The notes below the pieces were generated by a model. The model was given only the letters and a program-made list of their open reading frames with translations. It searched no databases and had not been told where the DNA came from. 64,000 nucleotides of DNA from Octopus sinensis. Taxonomy: Eukaryota. The first letter of the stretch is position 1. Every line of letters starts with the position of its first letter. Below, in pieces: positions 50,496 to 62,899 of the stretch. The translations under genes were made by a program, and so were the position numbers. Location: NCBI RefSeq assembly GCF_006345805.1, contig NW_021832531.1:1-64000 (forward strand). Reading direction: 5' to 3'.

Positions 50496-51567
50496 TTATA
50501 AATTAAAACGGTCAGTAATTCTTCTACTCAAAAGACTGGTCACCCAATTATGAACCTGGGAAATAAACTGCAACAAAAACCTTAAAAACGCGAGGAATAG
50601 CCAGTCCATGGAATCTAATGCAACCTTCAGACTCTCTTTCCTCGGCGGCCAGAATATTGAACCAGCCAATGTGAGTGAGATTGCTCATCAGCGAAGTTTG
50701 TCGAGTCTTTGAGTGGTCCTCGGCACAAATATCGACATAGTCCCCAATCCGACGGACTGTCAGGCAGTCTTCGTCGTCGGAATAAAACGAGGTGACTCTG
50801 TCTTATAATTACGAAAATACTTTTCTGAGAACATTTCATGGACAACAGGAACAGCAAAGTCAGTCCTCTCCACTTGGAGTCTGTTCCGAATCCACGTGCG
50901 GGCCAAAGAAGTGGCAAGTCGCATGAAACGCAATTCCTGGGCAATTCCCACTTGGTTCTTGTGGACAGATATGTCACAAAGTATGCTCCCATTTTGAATT
51001 GTTTCCACTAATCATATTTGGAAGACATACTGGAAAAGACGGGGAATTTGGATATGCTGGCCTCAATGTTGTTGTGGTCCAACACCACTGCCAGAGCACA
51101 GCCCATCAGATAACTGCAAGTCCTCCAAAAAACCTAAAAATAAAGACAAATCGAACTATGTTTGCTGTTTGAGGGTTGGATTCCCTCAAATGAGTGAATT
51201 TGAGAGAACGCACGTCTTCTTCCAACGGCTTCTGAATGTCCCACTCCTGTCCATCGACGACACCGCAGATGGACCGGTGAATGTACATGTCGTCGATGTC
51301 TATGCACTGAGAGGTAGGGCACTACGACGAGCACAGTCCAGAGGGGAGGAACACCAGCGGTTCATGGAAAGATCACACTCGTGGTTGCCCTCCCGAAATG
51401 ACACGTTTATTTTCTCGGCTTTTGGTCGGGACTGTTTTTTGCGTTCTGATTCCCAGATTTCTTTCCTTTTTAGTAGACGTGGGGAAAGGGGCTTTATTTG
51501 ATCTCGAACTAGACGAATCCCTGTGTTTGTAGGGACCTCAATTTACCTCACCTGGGTAGGAACGCAT
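50496..51567 (-). CDS. MRPL39: Mitochondrial ribosomal protein mL39
   Basis: EKINV...MNRWCSSPLDCA...VDGQEWDIQKPL...FWRTCSYLMGC...RIGDYVDI...RFHGLAIP match the ThrRS-like mL39. The start phase is imperfect. Confidence 0.85.
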
Positions 51568-51633
51568 GTAAGATTTTTTATTCAAACTATTTTTAATATT
51601 TCCAAACTAAAAAAATAATTTAACATGCATTAA

Positions 51634-52054
51634 TCACATTGGGTCGTTCATTGCACTGTCTTCAGGGTGGATTTCGACTGGCACAACCTTCTTAAACCAC
51701 ATCAGAATGATATCTATATTCCTGGAAAACACAAACTAACAAGAACACCAAAAGTGGGTTGACTCCTACATAATCGACGTCTATACAAATCTGAGACTCC
51801 AAAGACTGTTTGTCACATTCTTGGCCAACTTCCGTGCTTTTTCCGTTATAAAATAGAGGGCCTGGAAGTGGATGTAGTCCTCTTTGTTATTTCGAAACGT
51901 TTCAATAATCGTAACCAAAACATGTTGAGTACCCACCTCTTATGAATAGACTAACAAATTTAGTTCTAAAAGATAGTTCAGCAAATGTTCCCATTTGTTT
52001 GAATTCGAAACCATTTGTTTGAGGAGTTGCGATAATTAAATGAGAAACCGACAT
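51634..52054 (-). CDS. Possible small unidentified gene between ALAS and MRPL39
   Basis: Frames KWEHLLNYLLELN, IIETFRNNKEDYIHFQALYFITEKARK and NIDIILMWFKKVVPVEIHPED with candidate introns; unresolved. Confidence 0.4.
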
Positions 52055-52075
52055 ATTAGTACGACTAAGAGTAAT

Positions 52076-53568
52076 TTAAGTGCGAGCAAGATTGAATTCC
52101 GTCCAGGAAGAGGAGAGAGACGCAACAAATCGTTCGATCATTTCCTTATTGTGGAATGGAGTAACCACAATGCGCATTCTTTCAGTCCCACGTGCCACGG
52201 TCGGGTAATTAATTGCTTGCACATAAATTCCGTACTCCTTCATCATGTATTGGGCCAACTGAGTGCACGTCCCAGGATTCCCAACAATCAGAGGAATAAT
52301 GTGACTGTTGTTCGACAGAAAGGGCAGTCTTTCCGCCGACAAAAGTTTTCTCAAATAAGCCACATTTTCTTGCTGTTCTGAACGTAGTTTCCTGCCTTCG
52401 TCAGACATAATAATCTGTTACATACTGATTACGTAATACATACCCTTATCGACTGGAGAGCCCCACTGATGATCGTTGGAGGGAGACTGGTAGTGAAAAT
52501 CAAATCAGGAGCGTAGGAACGAATAAAGTCGACAGTCGAACTACTAGAAGCAATATATCCTCCAAAATTGCCGACCGCCTTTCCTTGGGAAATGAATAGT
52601 GGTAGGAACCCATAGTGCCGGAAATGATGTCGACACAGTCGGTGAGTTGGTCCCTCTCGGCGATACCTGACCCCCGATGGCCATACAGTCCCACTGCGTG
52701 CACCTCATCAAGGAATGTGATGCAGCCATAGGACTTTGCCAGTAGACATATTTTCCCCAATTTGCAAACATCGCCTGGAAACAGTCATAAACAAGACTAT
52801 GACCAGACATGGAATAGACGGACTCAAAGGCGAGTATTTTGGGTTGGTCTCTAGGAATGGACTCGAGGACTCTAGTCAAGTCATCCATGTCGTTGTGTTT
52901 GAAAATATATTTGGGGATGCGGCTATAGAGAATCCCCGCTATCATCGAAGCGTGATTCTGGGAATCCGAAATTACCACGCAATTGGGAATGTGTTTGGCC
53001 AGAGTATAGAGAGTCGACTGGTTGGCCACATAACACGAACTAAATAACAAAGCGGACTCCTTTCCGTGAAAGAGGGCCAATTCCTTTTCCAGTTCTACGT
53101 GATATGTGGTTGTCCCGGAAATGTTCCGAGTCCCCCCCGAACCGGCTCCGTGTTTCTCGGCTGCCGTTCTGACAGCGGCAATGACGGACGGGTGGCGAGT
53201 CATGCCCAAGTAGTCGTTGCTGCACCACACTGTGATGTCCTTCTTTTCCTGTCCCTGATAGGCCCACGGACAACCTTTGGCGTTTCGGTTTACCTGTTTA
53301 GAGTTATTAATAAATTTACTTGTTGGAATATTCGGTATGATTTGTCGTTTTTCTTGGCCTCTATTTTCTCCACAAAGACATTTTCGTAGTTGAACAAATG
53401 AGCTATATTAATGCCGAACACATAATTACTGTTTTGGTTAAGGAATGTGCATTTGTCCCATGGAGTCCGTGGTGTTTGTTTGTCGGAAGGCTTACTCACA
53501 TCTTGGTTCGACGTATATTTCGAATTTGCAATTCTCCGGAGTTGGACATATTTTGTGAGAGACCTCAT
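52076..53568 (-). CDS. ALAS: 5-aminolevulinate synthase
   Basis: [66 protein letters not shown] (PLP lysine) and INYPTV motifs. Confidence 0.97.
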
Positions 53569-53891
53569 CCTAGAGACCAACCAGTTGGGAATCGTTTATT
53601 ATTCAAAAATATAACCAAGATTTAACATTTAATCATCTATTTATTAATTAATTAACATAATTATTTTATAGAATATACAACATATAAATTATCGCAATAT
53701 TATTTGACCACTTTTATATGCATTTGGTTACAAATCTACCCAATGAAGCACATGGTCTAATATTAATCGTCTAATCGAGTAAGACAATTCTACAGATAAC
53801 CAAACATAATCTCCTTTAGACTGTTTGTCATTAGAATACATGTGACTTTTCCATTACTCACTGCTGTTGTCTGTCCTCTGTTTTTACTCGA

Positions 53892-54596
53892 ATGGCCTTT
53901 GTAGAGAGTTAATTAGTTATATAAACATAAAATGTTTGTTGAATAAAAAATGTTTATAATTGAGATAATCCAACTAATGTGTGATGCGTATTCCTTGTTC
54001 AGATCGTAAGCCAGTTTACTGTATTGACAAGTATTGACGTAAACGGGGACGGTCGTCTGACGGCATCCGAACTCAAAAGAGCCCTCGCCAACGGTAGTCC
54101 TCCCCTTATAGTCTGCAGGAGTTCGGAAAGAATTCAACGACGAAAGCATTCGCCTAATGATAAGTACGCTTGGTTGGGCAACTAGAAACCGTCGACAAAA
54201 CAAACTCAGGGTTCGTCACCCCTCCACAATTTACCGATCTTTACACCAAAGTTCAGCGATGGACCAACGACTTCCGTCAGGCCGACCGGGATAAGTCGGG
54301 TCTGATCAATGCCACCGAAATGATGCATTTGCTGCAGTCGCGGGGTCAGTTGTGTCTGTTTCATTTCAGGCTACCGATTCAGCCCTGATTTCTTCACGAA
54401 TGTTGTTCGGATGGGGGATGGTCGCGGACTGGGATTTGATCAGTACGTCAAGACTATCATCATTATTGAGGTTGTACTGTCTCCTTCATCATAGTCTCTG
54501 ACTGAACGGTTCAAGTGTTATGACACCAACATGGATGGAAATGGGGTTATGGAGTTTCAGGATTTTTTGCTGGCCATCACTGAGATTATAATTTAG
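53892..54596 (+). CDS. Penta-EF-hand protein (PDCD6/ALG-2, peflin or sorcin family)
   Basis: DVNGDGRLTASEL, DKTNSG, DRDKSGLINATEM, GYRFS and DTNMDG motifs. The start is approximate. Confidence 0.88.
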
Positions 54597-54679
54597 TTAG
54601 CACATTTACAAACATTACTTTTCTGTTTTATCTCTTTATTCTAAGAAACAGGTCGCAGCTTCCCTTCTATAAACAAACA

Positions 54680-55400
54680 ACCAAAATTATAGACAAACTG
54701 AATAAATACCCGAAACTGGTTGAGAATTCGCCCACATCTGGTAGCAAGATGGTCTTCTTGGATGAGTTGCAGTGGCTGCATTTATTCTTGCCGATTTTTC
54801 GTGTTGAATTTTGACCAGGTCAGATTTTTTGAATTCATTTACATTTTCATTGTATTTTCGAGACAAGAATTCTGTGATAATGGCCATATGCGTTTTCTTT
54901 GAATTGATGACCCTTAGAATTCTTAGCCAGTAGTTTTCCTTATGTTTCAAATCAGCATAAATTGAAGAAGCATTCTCTCCGCTTGATTACTGACTGACTC
55001 CACGCCTCTCCCAAATTCCTTTCTTGAAAGATAAAGTCTTTCTTTGTTTGCGGGTTTCAACTGGATATGACTGTCCATAAGACGGATATTCTTATTGATC
55101 TGCTCGAACTCTCCGGGCTCAATATCAATCAATCCAATATAATAGTTATAGAGTGCGTGTTCATTTATCGCTTGAAAAAGTTGACTGAGTTGCCAATATT
55201 TAATCCGCTGATGTAAGAAATCCAGGGTGTATGTCACACTGGGAGTCGAGAACGTGAGGAATATGTTTCTCTCCGTATGATTAATCACAGTCAGTGGATC
55301 AATGATGTCCGTTCTATTATTTCGCCTTTAAGGCATTCTTGTAATTATATCAACATCCAAAATATCCATATATGACTTGTAGAACTTTCAATTCCCTCCC
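54680..55400 (-). mobile_element. Degraded non-LTR retrotransposon fragment (R4/NeSL-like region after RT)
   Basis: RLYLSRKEFGRGVESV resembles the post-RT R4/NeSL motif; frameshifted. Confidence 0.6.
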
Positions 55401-55978
55401 AACCTGAGGTCTGGGTCATAACAAGGTCCGATTTCGACTAGAAATTGATTTTTTTATATGTTTTAAAATTAATTGTAACTTTATCGGAAATACAGTGCGA
55501 CCCAGAATTGGAGAAAATTTTCCCCAATTTTGAGGTTTTCCCCAAAAAGAGGATTTCCCTTAAATTTAGCTTACCTTAATAATATAACCAAGACGGATAA
55601 CTAAAATTTATATTTTGTAATAAAAAATCTGTTAATTTTAATCGTGTGTTTTGTTTTTTTGCATCATCGAAAACTCATAATATTTGCTCTGAATAGATCG
55701 AGTACATTTTACGGAGTCTCTTGCTTAATAACATTTAGTAGCATTGTGAATGCGCATTCCGCATTGTTTATAGCTTGTTGATCATGCAAATGTTTCAGTT
55801 CGCTGGAGTCCTCTTCATCACTACTTTAATCATCACAGAAACTCTCTAAATTCGCATTTTCCACAATATCCGAAAATCAATCAGACTTTCTCCGATGTCT
55901 TCTTTTTCCCGACAGTCATATTCCAATGCTTTTTCAAAGCAGTGTTGTATTAAAGTGTCTGGCAATCCTGCCCGGTAC

Positions 55979-56299
55979 TTATTTGTAGTACAGATATTCG
56001 ATCGGTAACCCTCCATGAATACATAAGTATTTGTGTGTCACAAAGTCTTGGCCATAGTGTCCGCATTCAGAGGGCAGCAGAATAAGGCGATAGTCCCCAT
56101 AGACTTGGTCATCCCCGAGTTTCATTTTGGTTTCTTGTAGACATCCAACCGAGATCCTGTATTTCTTCATGTCCTCACATACTGCATGTTGTTTCCAAGT
56201 CGATTTAAGGACTCTTACATTGAAAGACATAATAGATAGTTCGTATGATTGTATTGCTTGTGTTATATCAGACATTGTGCAATAGAGGGTTGTCACCAC
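55979..56299 (-). mobile_element. RTE-like APE endonuclease fragment
   Basis: SFNVRVL...GCLQETK motif. Confidence 0.7.
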
Positions 56300-56435
56300 C
56301 TCATCCCCTTTTTCTGTTTTTTAAAAAAATAAAAATAAATTTTTTTAATTATAATAAATTTTATTTAAATGTATTTCAAATTTTATAATAAATAAATTAT
56401 TTCATTTGTGATTTGTTAGTTCTTTCCTTCCTTTA

Positions 56436-57314
56436 ATGACAAATTACAATCTACATTCACTTTCAACCTCAAAGTTGCATTTTTGCCCTTTCTCGATTTT
56501 TGTGATCCTCGTCACATCAATAACAGTGATCTATTCAAGCTTTTTAGCTACCAACAAATGGAATGGATATTTTCCATATTTAAGGTGCTAAACTTGCATT
56601 AAAATTGTAGTGAAGTAACAGACAGTGGCTTTCAAGGCATTCTTTTTTCAATTTCTCTCATAATAATATCCATAATAAGTTGGAATTGAATTATTGATTT
56701 AGGTGTTTTTATATTTTTTGTTCGTTACATCTACGTAAAGAGTCGAATTGCTAAACACAACAAACTAGTTCACAATATTAACAAATTTGCCTTCATTGTC
56801 GGGCTTATTATATCCATCGGAAGTTTTCTGACTGCGAATTTTAAAGTTATTGTCATTTTCTCAGTCTTTAGTCTAGTTCTATGAAAACTGGGCATTACAT
56901 GGCCGCAATTATGGTCTTTGTCAGTCAACCCACTTACTGCATTTTGCAAACTTTTTTGGGGAAGGCGTCTGGCCAGAACACCAAGGTGACAACTCTTAGA
57001 ATTGTGTTGACTATTTTTGCTATTTTCGGAAGTATCATAAGTAAGCATATTTTGTACATTTTAGCCTTTTTTGGAACATCGATGGTCGATATTGATGGAC
57101 TTTCTCAGGTTTTGAGTTTTTATTATTTTAGAACATGAAATTTTGGTCTTTTGCAGCATTTTGTGAAATCGTGACTTTGTTTTTATGCATTGGATTTAAT
57201 CTTACTTTCGTTTCGGAACTAAGACGTATTTCCATCTCAGTTAACTTCTCGGTCTCCAATTCTACCCAAGAATTTAGTTGCCAAGAAATGATCAAAAATG
57301 ATATCCAATTGTAA
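56436..57314 (+). CDS. DRAM/TMEM150 (Frag1/DRAM/Sfk1) membrane protein
   Basis: FPYLSE, VRY, GSFLTANF, GHYMAAIMVF and YCILQT parallel DRAM; multiple hydrophobic segments; tiny introns. Confidence 0.75.
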
Positions 57315-57499
57315 CATAATTTAGATTTATAAGGATTTATATTCTTTAATTTTTGTTAAACTAGTAATCACGACCCTTTGATTTAGAGTCTGAACGATGA
57401 CTCTGATTTTATAGTAGTCTACGATCTGATCAATTTTTGTTATTTAGAATAAAACAAAATGTTAATTTCACTAATTTTATAAATGGTTCTATTTAAAAA

Positions 57500-58140
57500 A
57501 TTGATTATATGATTAAGGAAGGAACAACGAAAGCAAAAAACAATGTGATGATATTATCTCATTATTTTTAGATTTAACAAATGAAACAAGTCCATTAATA
57601 CGACCAGACATAGACGGGGCTCCATCTGTACATATACCAATACAATTGGCAAATGAAGTATTATTGATATTGAAATAATCGTTTAATATCGTGAACATAT
57701 CAATTGCTCGAGTAGTAGTTAAAAGAGGCTTGCAAAACAAGAATTGTTCTGTAATTTTCCCAGAATAAACAAATCGTAGGTATGCCTACAAATGTGCCAT
57801 TCCCGAAATATCCGTGGCTTCGTCAAGTTGTAATGAAAATCGAGTTTCTTCAATAGAAAATGAGACACTTTTTTCAATATTCTGCGACAAAGCACAAATC
57901 CGACGAGAAGCAGTGTTATCTGACAAGGGTATCTTCATTATTTTTTGTTCATATTTATGACCAAACATAGTTCGAGCAATAATACGACAAGCAGGGATTA
58001 TCAAGTTTTTGCCAATTGTGTGAGGTTTTAGTTGTTTTGCTATCAATTCTGAGATCAGGTATGAACATTTTAATGATTCCTTTGTGTTTAACCTCTCTTT
58101 ATTTGCAGGTTTGAGATGCAGACTGCGAGTCATTAGAAGT
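57500..58140 (-). mobile_element. Buster-type hAT transposase remnant
   Basis: KPHTIG..LIIPAC, IPLSDNT, FSLQLDEATD, ICTDGAPSM and SHCFL motifs. Confidence 0.9.
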
Positions 58141-58439
58141 TGACGATCAATACACGTGTTGTATCAAAATAATCCTAAAATCAATATTTCCAATCATAAA
58201 AATAATTAAAGGGGCAATTCATAAAAATAAATCTAACATCTTTCGATAAATTTGCACTCTTAAAAGTTTTTCGACCAGCAAAAGCATTCCAAATGGCAAA
58301 AGCTGTTTAGGGCAGAAAAACCTGAAAAGAATAATTTACTATTTGAAAAATTTATAAATAAAAAAGTTCTTATCAAAAATAAGCATCGCTATTTGAACCT
58401 ACAATCTTATGTTGACAGCTTGAATTAGCATGATTTACT

Positions 58440-58620
58440 CTCTTCTGAGCTACACTCGGGTCATTGCCTGGGCTGTGTAGAATTCGTTCCCCATGCGTTT
58501 GAAGCAAGTGGTGTCGTCATTCGAGAAGTAAAAATACTTTTGTAAAAGATCGGTTTTGAAAGGCACTTTAAAGAGAAAGGGGAAACTATAGCTGTTCTAC
58601 AATTAATATTAATTTAATTT
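58440..58620 (+). mobile_element. Old CRE-like RLE retrotransposon 3' remnant
   Basis: FVPHAFEASG...KIG...RGN parallels FTPIALESSG...SIG...RGN of the 61.3-62.9 kb element. Confidence 0.55.
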
Positions 58621-59316
58621 TTAGTTAAATCAATAATAAATCATGAAAAGAGACAGAATTAACAACTAATTAAAATTGTGGATATTTAATATAGGTAATA
58701 CAAAATGTCATTTTTCTTGTTTTTTAATAATTTGGCCGAGTAGCTCCATCAATTGATTCATAATCATGAGTGTTATAGCTATGAGACTTTCCACAAAATT
58801 TCGGACTATTTTCTTTAAAATTGTGATATAGTTGAGTATCACACAGTTCAGACGAATTTCATCCATTTCAATGAATTCGACGCAGTAAAATCAATTTATA
58901 CTAAGTCGAAATTTTGCGTTGGCGCGTAAATGTAAAAGTAAATGTAATTTATTATTCTGATATGATTACTACTATCAAGATAGAATGTAATTTTTACTTT
59001 TCTGGATTTTATTCGACATTTTAAAATAATCTTACTTAGAAATTTAGTTGAAATCTTATTCTTATTGTAGTAAAAACGTTTTTTAAAGGCGATGATACCT
59101 CCCGTAATCAATTCAATTATCTTACCGTAGAACCTAATATCGGGTTGTTGTTATGTTCCAATAGCTTTTTAACTATTTGATATTACTAAACTTTAAAGTT
59201 AACGTTGGACACTTTTATTACCGAATTGTAAAAAGTTATTTCCTATACTTCCTAAACGTAAGTCTAGGAAGTATCCGAAATATAAAAACGACTCTTTTAG
59301 TTTTTTTAATCGCTAA

Positions 59317-59983
59317 ATGTTGAAAATTGTGATTGATCGGTATTTAAATATGTTTAACAATATATTCCAGATACCGAAGGCACCTAAAAAAGTCCATATC
59401 AGAACAATATCAACAAGATTTTGAATATTGTTTTCAAGGTAGATCATAATGATCATTTTAGATTATTTAAAGCATGAACGTGATCCGAGACTTCGTAAAT
59501 TTATGAAAACGTCGGAATACATGTTCCGACATTTAAATCGAGTCCTGAAACAAGAATCTGATCCATCGGTAATTGTGTTTTTTTTATTATTTTTAGTGTC
59601 TTTCAGATTCTTCAGAAGATAGTGTACATGGTGATTCCAAGCATTACAAAGAAATGTACGACGAAAGATTAAAAGATGATTCAAGTGTGGTTGAATATGA
59701 ACACGTTGAACAAGTTGCGAATACTGAAAACAACAATATGAATCATCTCTTTGGAATGCATTTCCTATAAAAAATACAAAGATTGAACCCAAAAAAACGC
59801 AATCTAAAAAAACGGTATTTGATTTTTTTAATTTGTTAGAACATTAAAAATACAAATAAATCTGAAAGAAAACAGATTCTCAATAAAGCTCCAAATGGGA
59901 AATGTCGAAAAGTGTATGGAGCAGAAAAACGTCATTTGTGGTGTAAACAATGTCAATGGAAAAAAACTTGTGCACGTTTCTAA
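59317..59983 (+). CDS. C-clamp domain protein (SLC2A4RG/ZNF395/ZNF704-type CR3), copy 1, with a 1-nt frameshift; upstream exons possible from about 58700
   Basis: Last exon [28 protein letters not shown] versus the family motif KKCRKVYGxExRDxWCTACRWKKACQRF; four phase-consistent tiny introns; aacaacAAtatg here versus aacaacAAAtatg in copy 2. Confidence 0.8.
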
Positions 59984-60129
59984 TAATCAATCAACTTTTT
60001 TAATTTTAATAATAAAATTGTATGGTATGTGTTTGTGTGTGTGCACCAACTTCAAATTGGCAAAGTACAGATAAATTGTCAAAATCATTTTTCATTATAA
60101 TTGTCAAAATAACTTTCCCCTTCGAAAAT

Positions 60130-60760
60130 GGCAAGTCCCTCATATGGGACGCAACTTTTGGGAGGTCTCTTGTAAATAAATTGAACAGGATTGGTGATAA
60201 GGGGATCCTTCTGGGACCCCGTTTGGGAGGTATCGGTTATTCATTATAACCTGTCCACTTCTGCCATTAAGGAAGTTCGCCAACCATATCTTGATCTTCG
60301 GATGGATACCGATGGAGAGAATTTTTGATGTTAAAGTTTTCCTCGGTACTGAATCGAATGTTTTTTCGATATTTAGAGCGACTAACACCGTTCTTTGATG
60401 TGGTTTTGAGTAGTTCAGTCCATCTGAGATGAACTGAGTCAACTTCGTAAGATATGTAGAAGTTGAACGGTCTCTCCTGAATCCATGTTGAAAACTGGGT
60501 AATTCTAAAGAAAGAGTAGTTTTGTTGAGAATTAACTTTTCCTTGAATTGATACAGGACCATAACTCCGTGGATCGTTCAGAGATTTGTCCTTTCGGGTG
60601 TATGAGTGATTTTTTCCATAATGACGGAATTTCATTTTTGTTTACTGAGTAATTAAAAACTTGGGTAAGGGCTTCGATTCCCACCGGCCCCAAGTGTTTT
60701 AATTCATCAATTGAAATATCGTCAGCTCCTCTTGACCTTGTATTTTTCATTTATTTAATT
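60130..60760 (-). mobile_element. jockey/I-like RT fragment, frameshifted
   Basis: GADDI, FQHGFR, NIEKTFD and GVPEGS motifs; similar to the 15.6-17.5 kb element. Confidence 0.85.
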
Positions 60761-61321
60761 ACATTAATTACATCTAAGTGTTTGAAGTATTCATTGTATT
60801 GATATCTTTTCTTCTTGTGTTTTGGTTCATGTTCCATTTTCAAATACGGTTTGTGGCTTATGCTAACATAAAATTTCATTAGTGTTAAGCCCGCTAGGAA
60901 CAAACATGCACGTAGAAACCCTAAACGCAATTCTTTTTGTTAAATTAACATTTTGTTTTATAGGGAATAACAAAAATTGATCCGATCGTCACGGTAGCAT
61001 CGTATAAAATTAGAATTCTCGTTTGCAGACTCTAAATCAAATGACTGAGATTATTAGTTTAACAAAAAACTGGTTTCTGATGGTCGCAAAATATTGCCCC
61101 AAGTCTTTTCCGCTGAAACAAACGCGAACAAAAAACCTTTCGAACATCTTAAGTATTTTGTAATTCTAATTCCGAGACGTTGCATGTAAGCAAGTGTTTT
61201 CCTGAATAAAAGTTTTGACATCTCAGCAGAAGACATGGAAACAAGTTTACTGTCTCCTTAGTCTAAAGCTTCAGCTTAGTTGAAATCTTTTTGCCTTGGG
61301 CGTTAACAGTATCGCTCACTC

Positions 61322-62899
61322 TGTTCGATCCCCAGTTAACATATGGTATCTGGATGACGCAACCATTTGCGGTCCCCCCGACGCTGTTTTCGACGACCTT
61401 CGTTCTATCCTCCCTCCCTCTCGGACATCGGCCTATCTATAAACGCCAATAAATCCGAAATCGTGAACATTGCCTTAAATCCGAGTGACTTCACTGCTTC
61501 AATTTCCACGTGCCGAGGCATTCTCTCAGACGTCCGGATTACGGACAAATCAAATCTTACGATTCTCGGTGCCCCCATGGGGCCTTCTGCCCTCGAATGC
61601 TCACTCGCTGGAAAAATTTCCCACTTATCCAAAATGATCGACAAGCTTAAAGTCATCGAGCCTCATGTGGCTTTTTTCCTCCTCCGAAACCACTTCTCCG
61701 TCCCTAAGATCCTTTACACCCTAAGATGTGCACCCTGCTTTCAAAGAGGCGACCTTCTTTCCGACCTTGACAATATCCTCAGGCTCGGTACGAGCTCTCT
61801 TTGCAATCTGGCTTTCGACGATCCAGGCTGGACTCAGGCATCCCTGCCTGTGCGCTGGGGTGGCCTTGGCTTGAGATCCTATTCCGATCTTGCCCTCCCG
61901 GCATTCCTATCCGCTCATCACGCTTCTCGTACTCTCTCAGACATCGTTCTTAGAAACCTCCCCGAACGGAAATTGTCTGAAGTTTACTCTGCAGCCCGTG
62001 GTCGGTGGGAGGCTCGGTTTGGTTCGAAGCTGCCCAACTCTCAATCTGTACAGCGCCAATGGGACGAAATCTCTTGTCAGGCAATCTTCGAAGGCCTGCT
62101 TCCTGTCTCCAATCAACACCGTGTCGCTTGCCTCCGTGCAGGTCGCTGTGAAAGCAGCGGTGTCTGGTTAAAGGCTCTCCCTCTCCCTTCCATCGGGAAC
62201 CTGTTGGACAAGGAATGCCTAAGAATTGCAATCTCCCTCCGTGTCGGGCTGAAAATCTGCCAGTCGCACAAATGCCGTTGTGGGGGAACTGTTGACGAGT
62301 ACGGTTTGCATCCCCTCGCTTGCCGGCGGAGTGCCGGTCGTGCCCCCCGTCACAGTGAACTCAACTCAGTCGTACAGAGAGCCCTCGCCTCAGCAGGCAT
62401 CCCGTCTATCCTTGAACCTGTTGGATTGGATAGAGGGGATGGCAAACGCCCTGACGGCATGTCCACCTTCCCCTACGAGCAGGGGAAATCCCTTATTTGG
62501 GATTCTACCTGCTCGGACACGTTCTCGCTGGGAAATCTCGCGCTGTCCGCCGCCAATCCTGGGCACGCTTCCAGGCAGGCCGAGGAGCGAAAGATTCTCA
62601 AGTACGGCCACCTGTCCAACTCGCTCCTCTTTACTCCAATTGCCTTGGAGTCCTCCGGGATCTTCGGTCCCAAGACACTCCGCTTCCTTCGCTCGATCGG
62701 TCGACAGATTTCAAGGACTAGTCATGATCCAAGAGAGTTTTCTTGGCTCCTGGAACGTCTGTCGATTGCTGTGATCCGAGGGAACGTCTTCGCCATTCGC
62801 GCGGCTGGTCGGGTGTCTCGTGAGGCCTTTAACTAACTTAGCTATCTGTAATTTTGTCTTGTTTGTATAAATTAAATTTAATTATAATAAAAAAAAAAA
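61322..62899 (+). mobile_element. 5'-truncated CRE-like non-LTR retrotransposon (RT plus restriction-like endonuclease)
   Basis: IWYLDD RT motif, ILGAPMG, LPVRWGGLG, CCHC-type CRCG...HPLAC...RH, RPDG..WD, ESSG and RGN motifs; 3' A-tract at about 62888-62899. Confidence 0.92.

Noticed and set aside
52500-53400. ALAS as a bacterial horizontal transfer
   Set aside because: It has a mitochondrial-type N-terminal extension and spliceosomal introns like its neighbours; nothing here supports recent HGT.
55640-55970. pogo/Tigger C-terminal remnant
   Set aside because: The resemblance (LIQHCFEKA plus an acidic stretch) is weak, with no catalytic motif or TIR.
59463-59792. Cys/His-rich minus-strand ORFs (also 63678-63977) as a piggyBac or zinc-finger protein
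   Set aside because: They are antisense to the spliced C-clamp gene; no TTAA-bounded TIRs or DDD core were seen.
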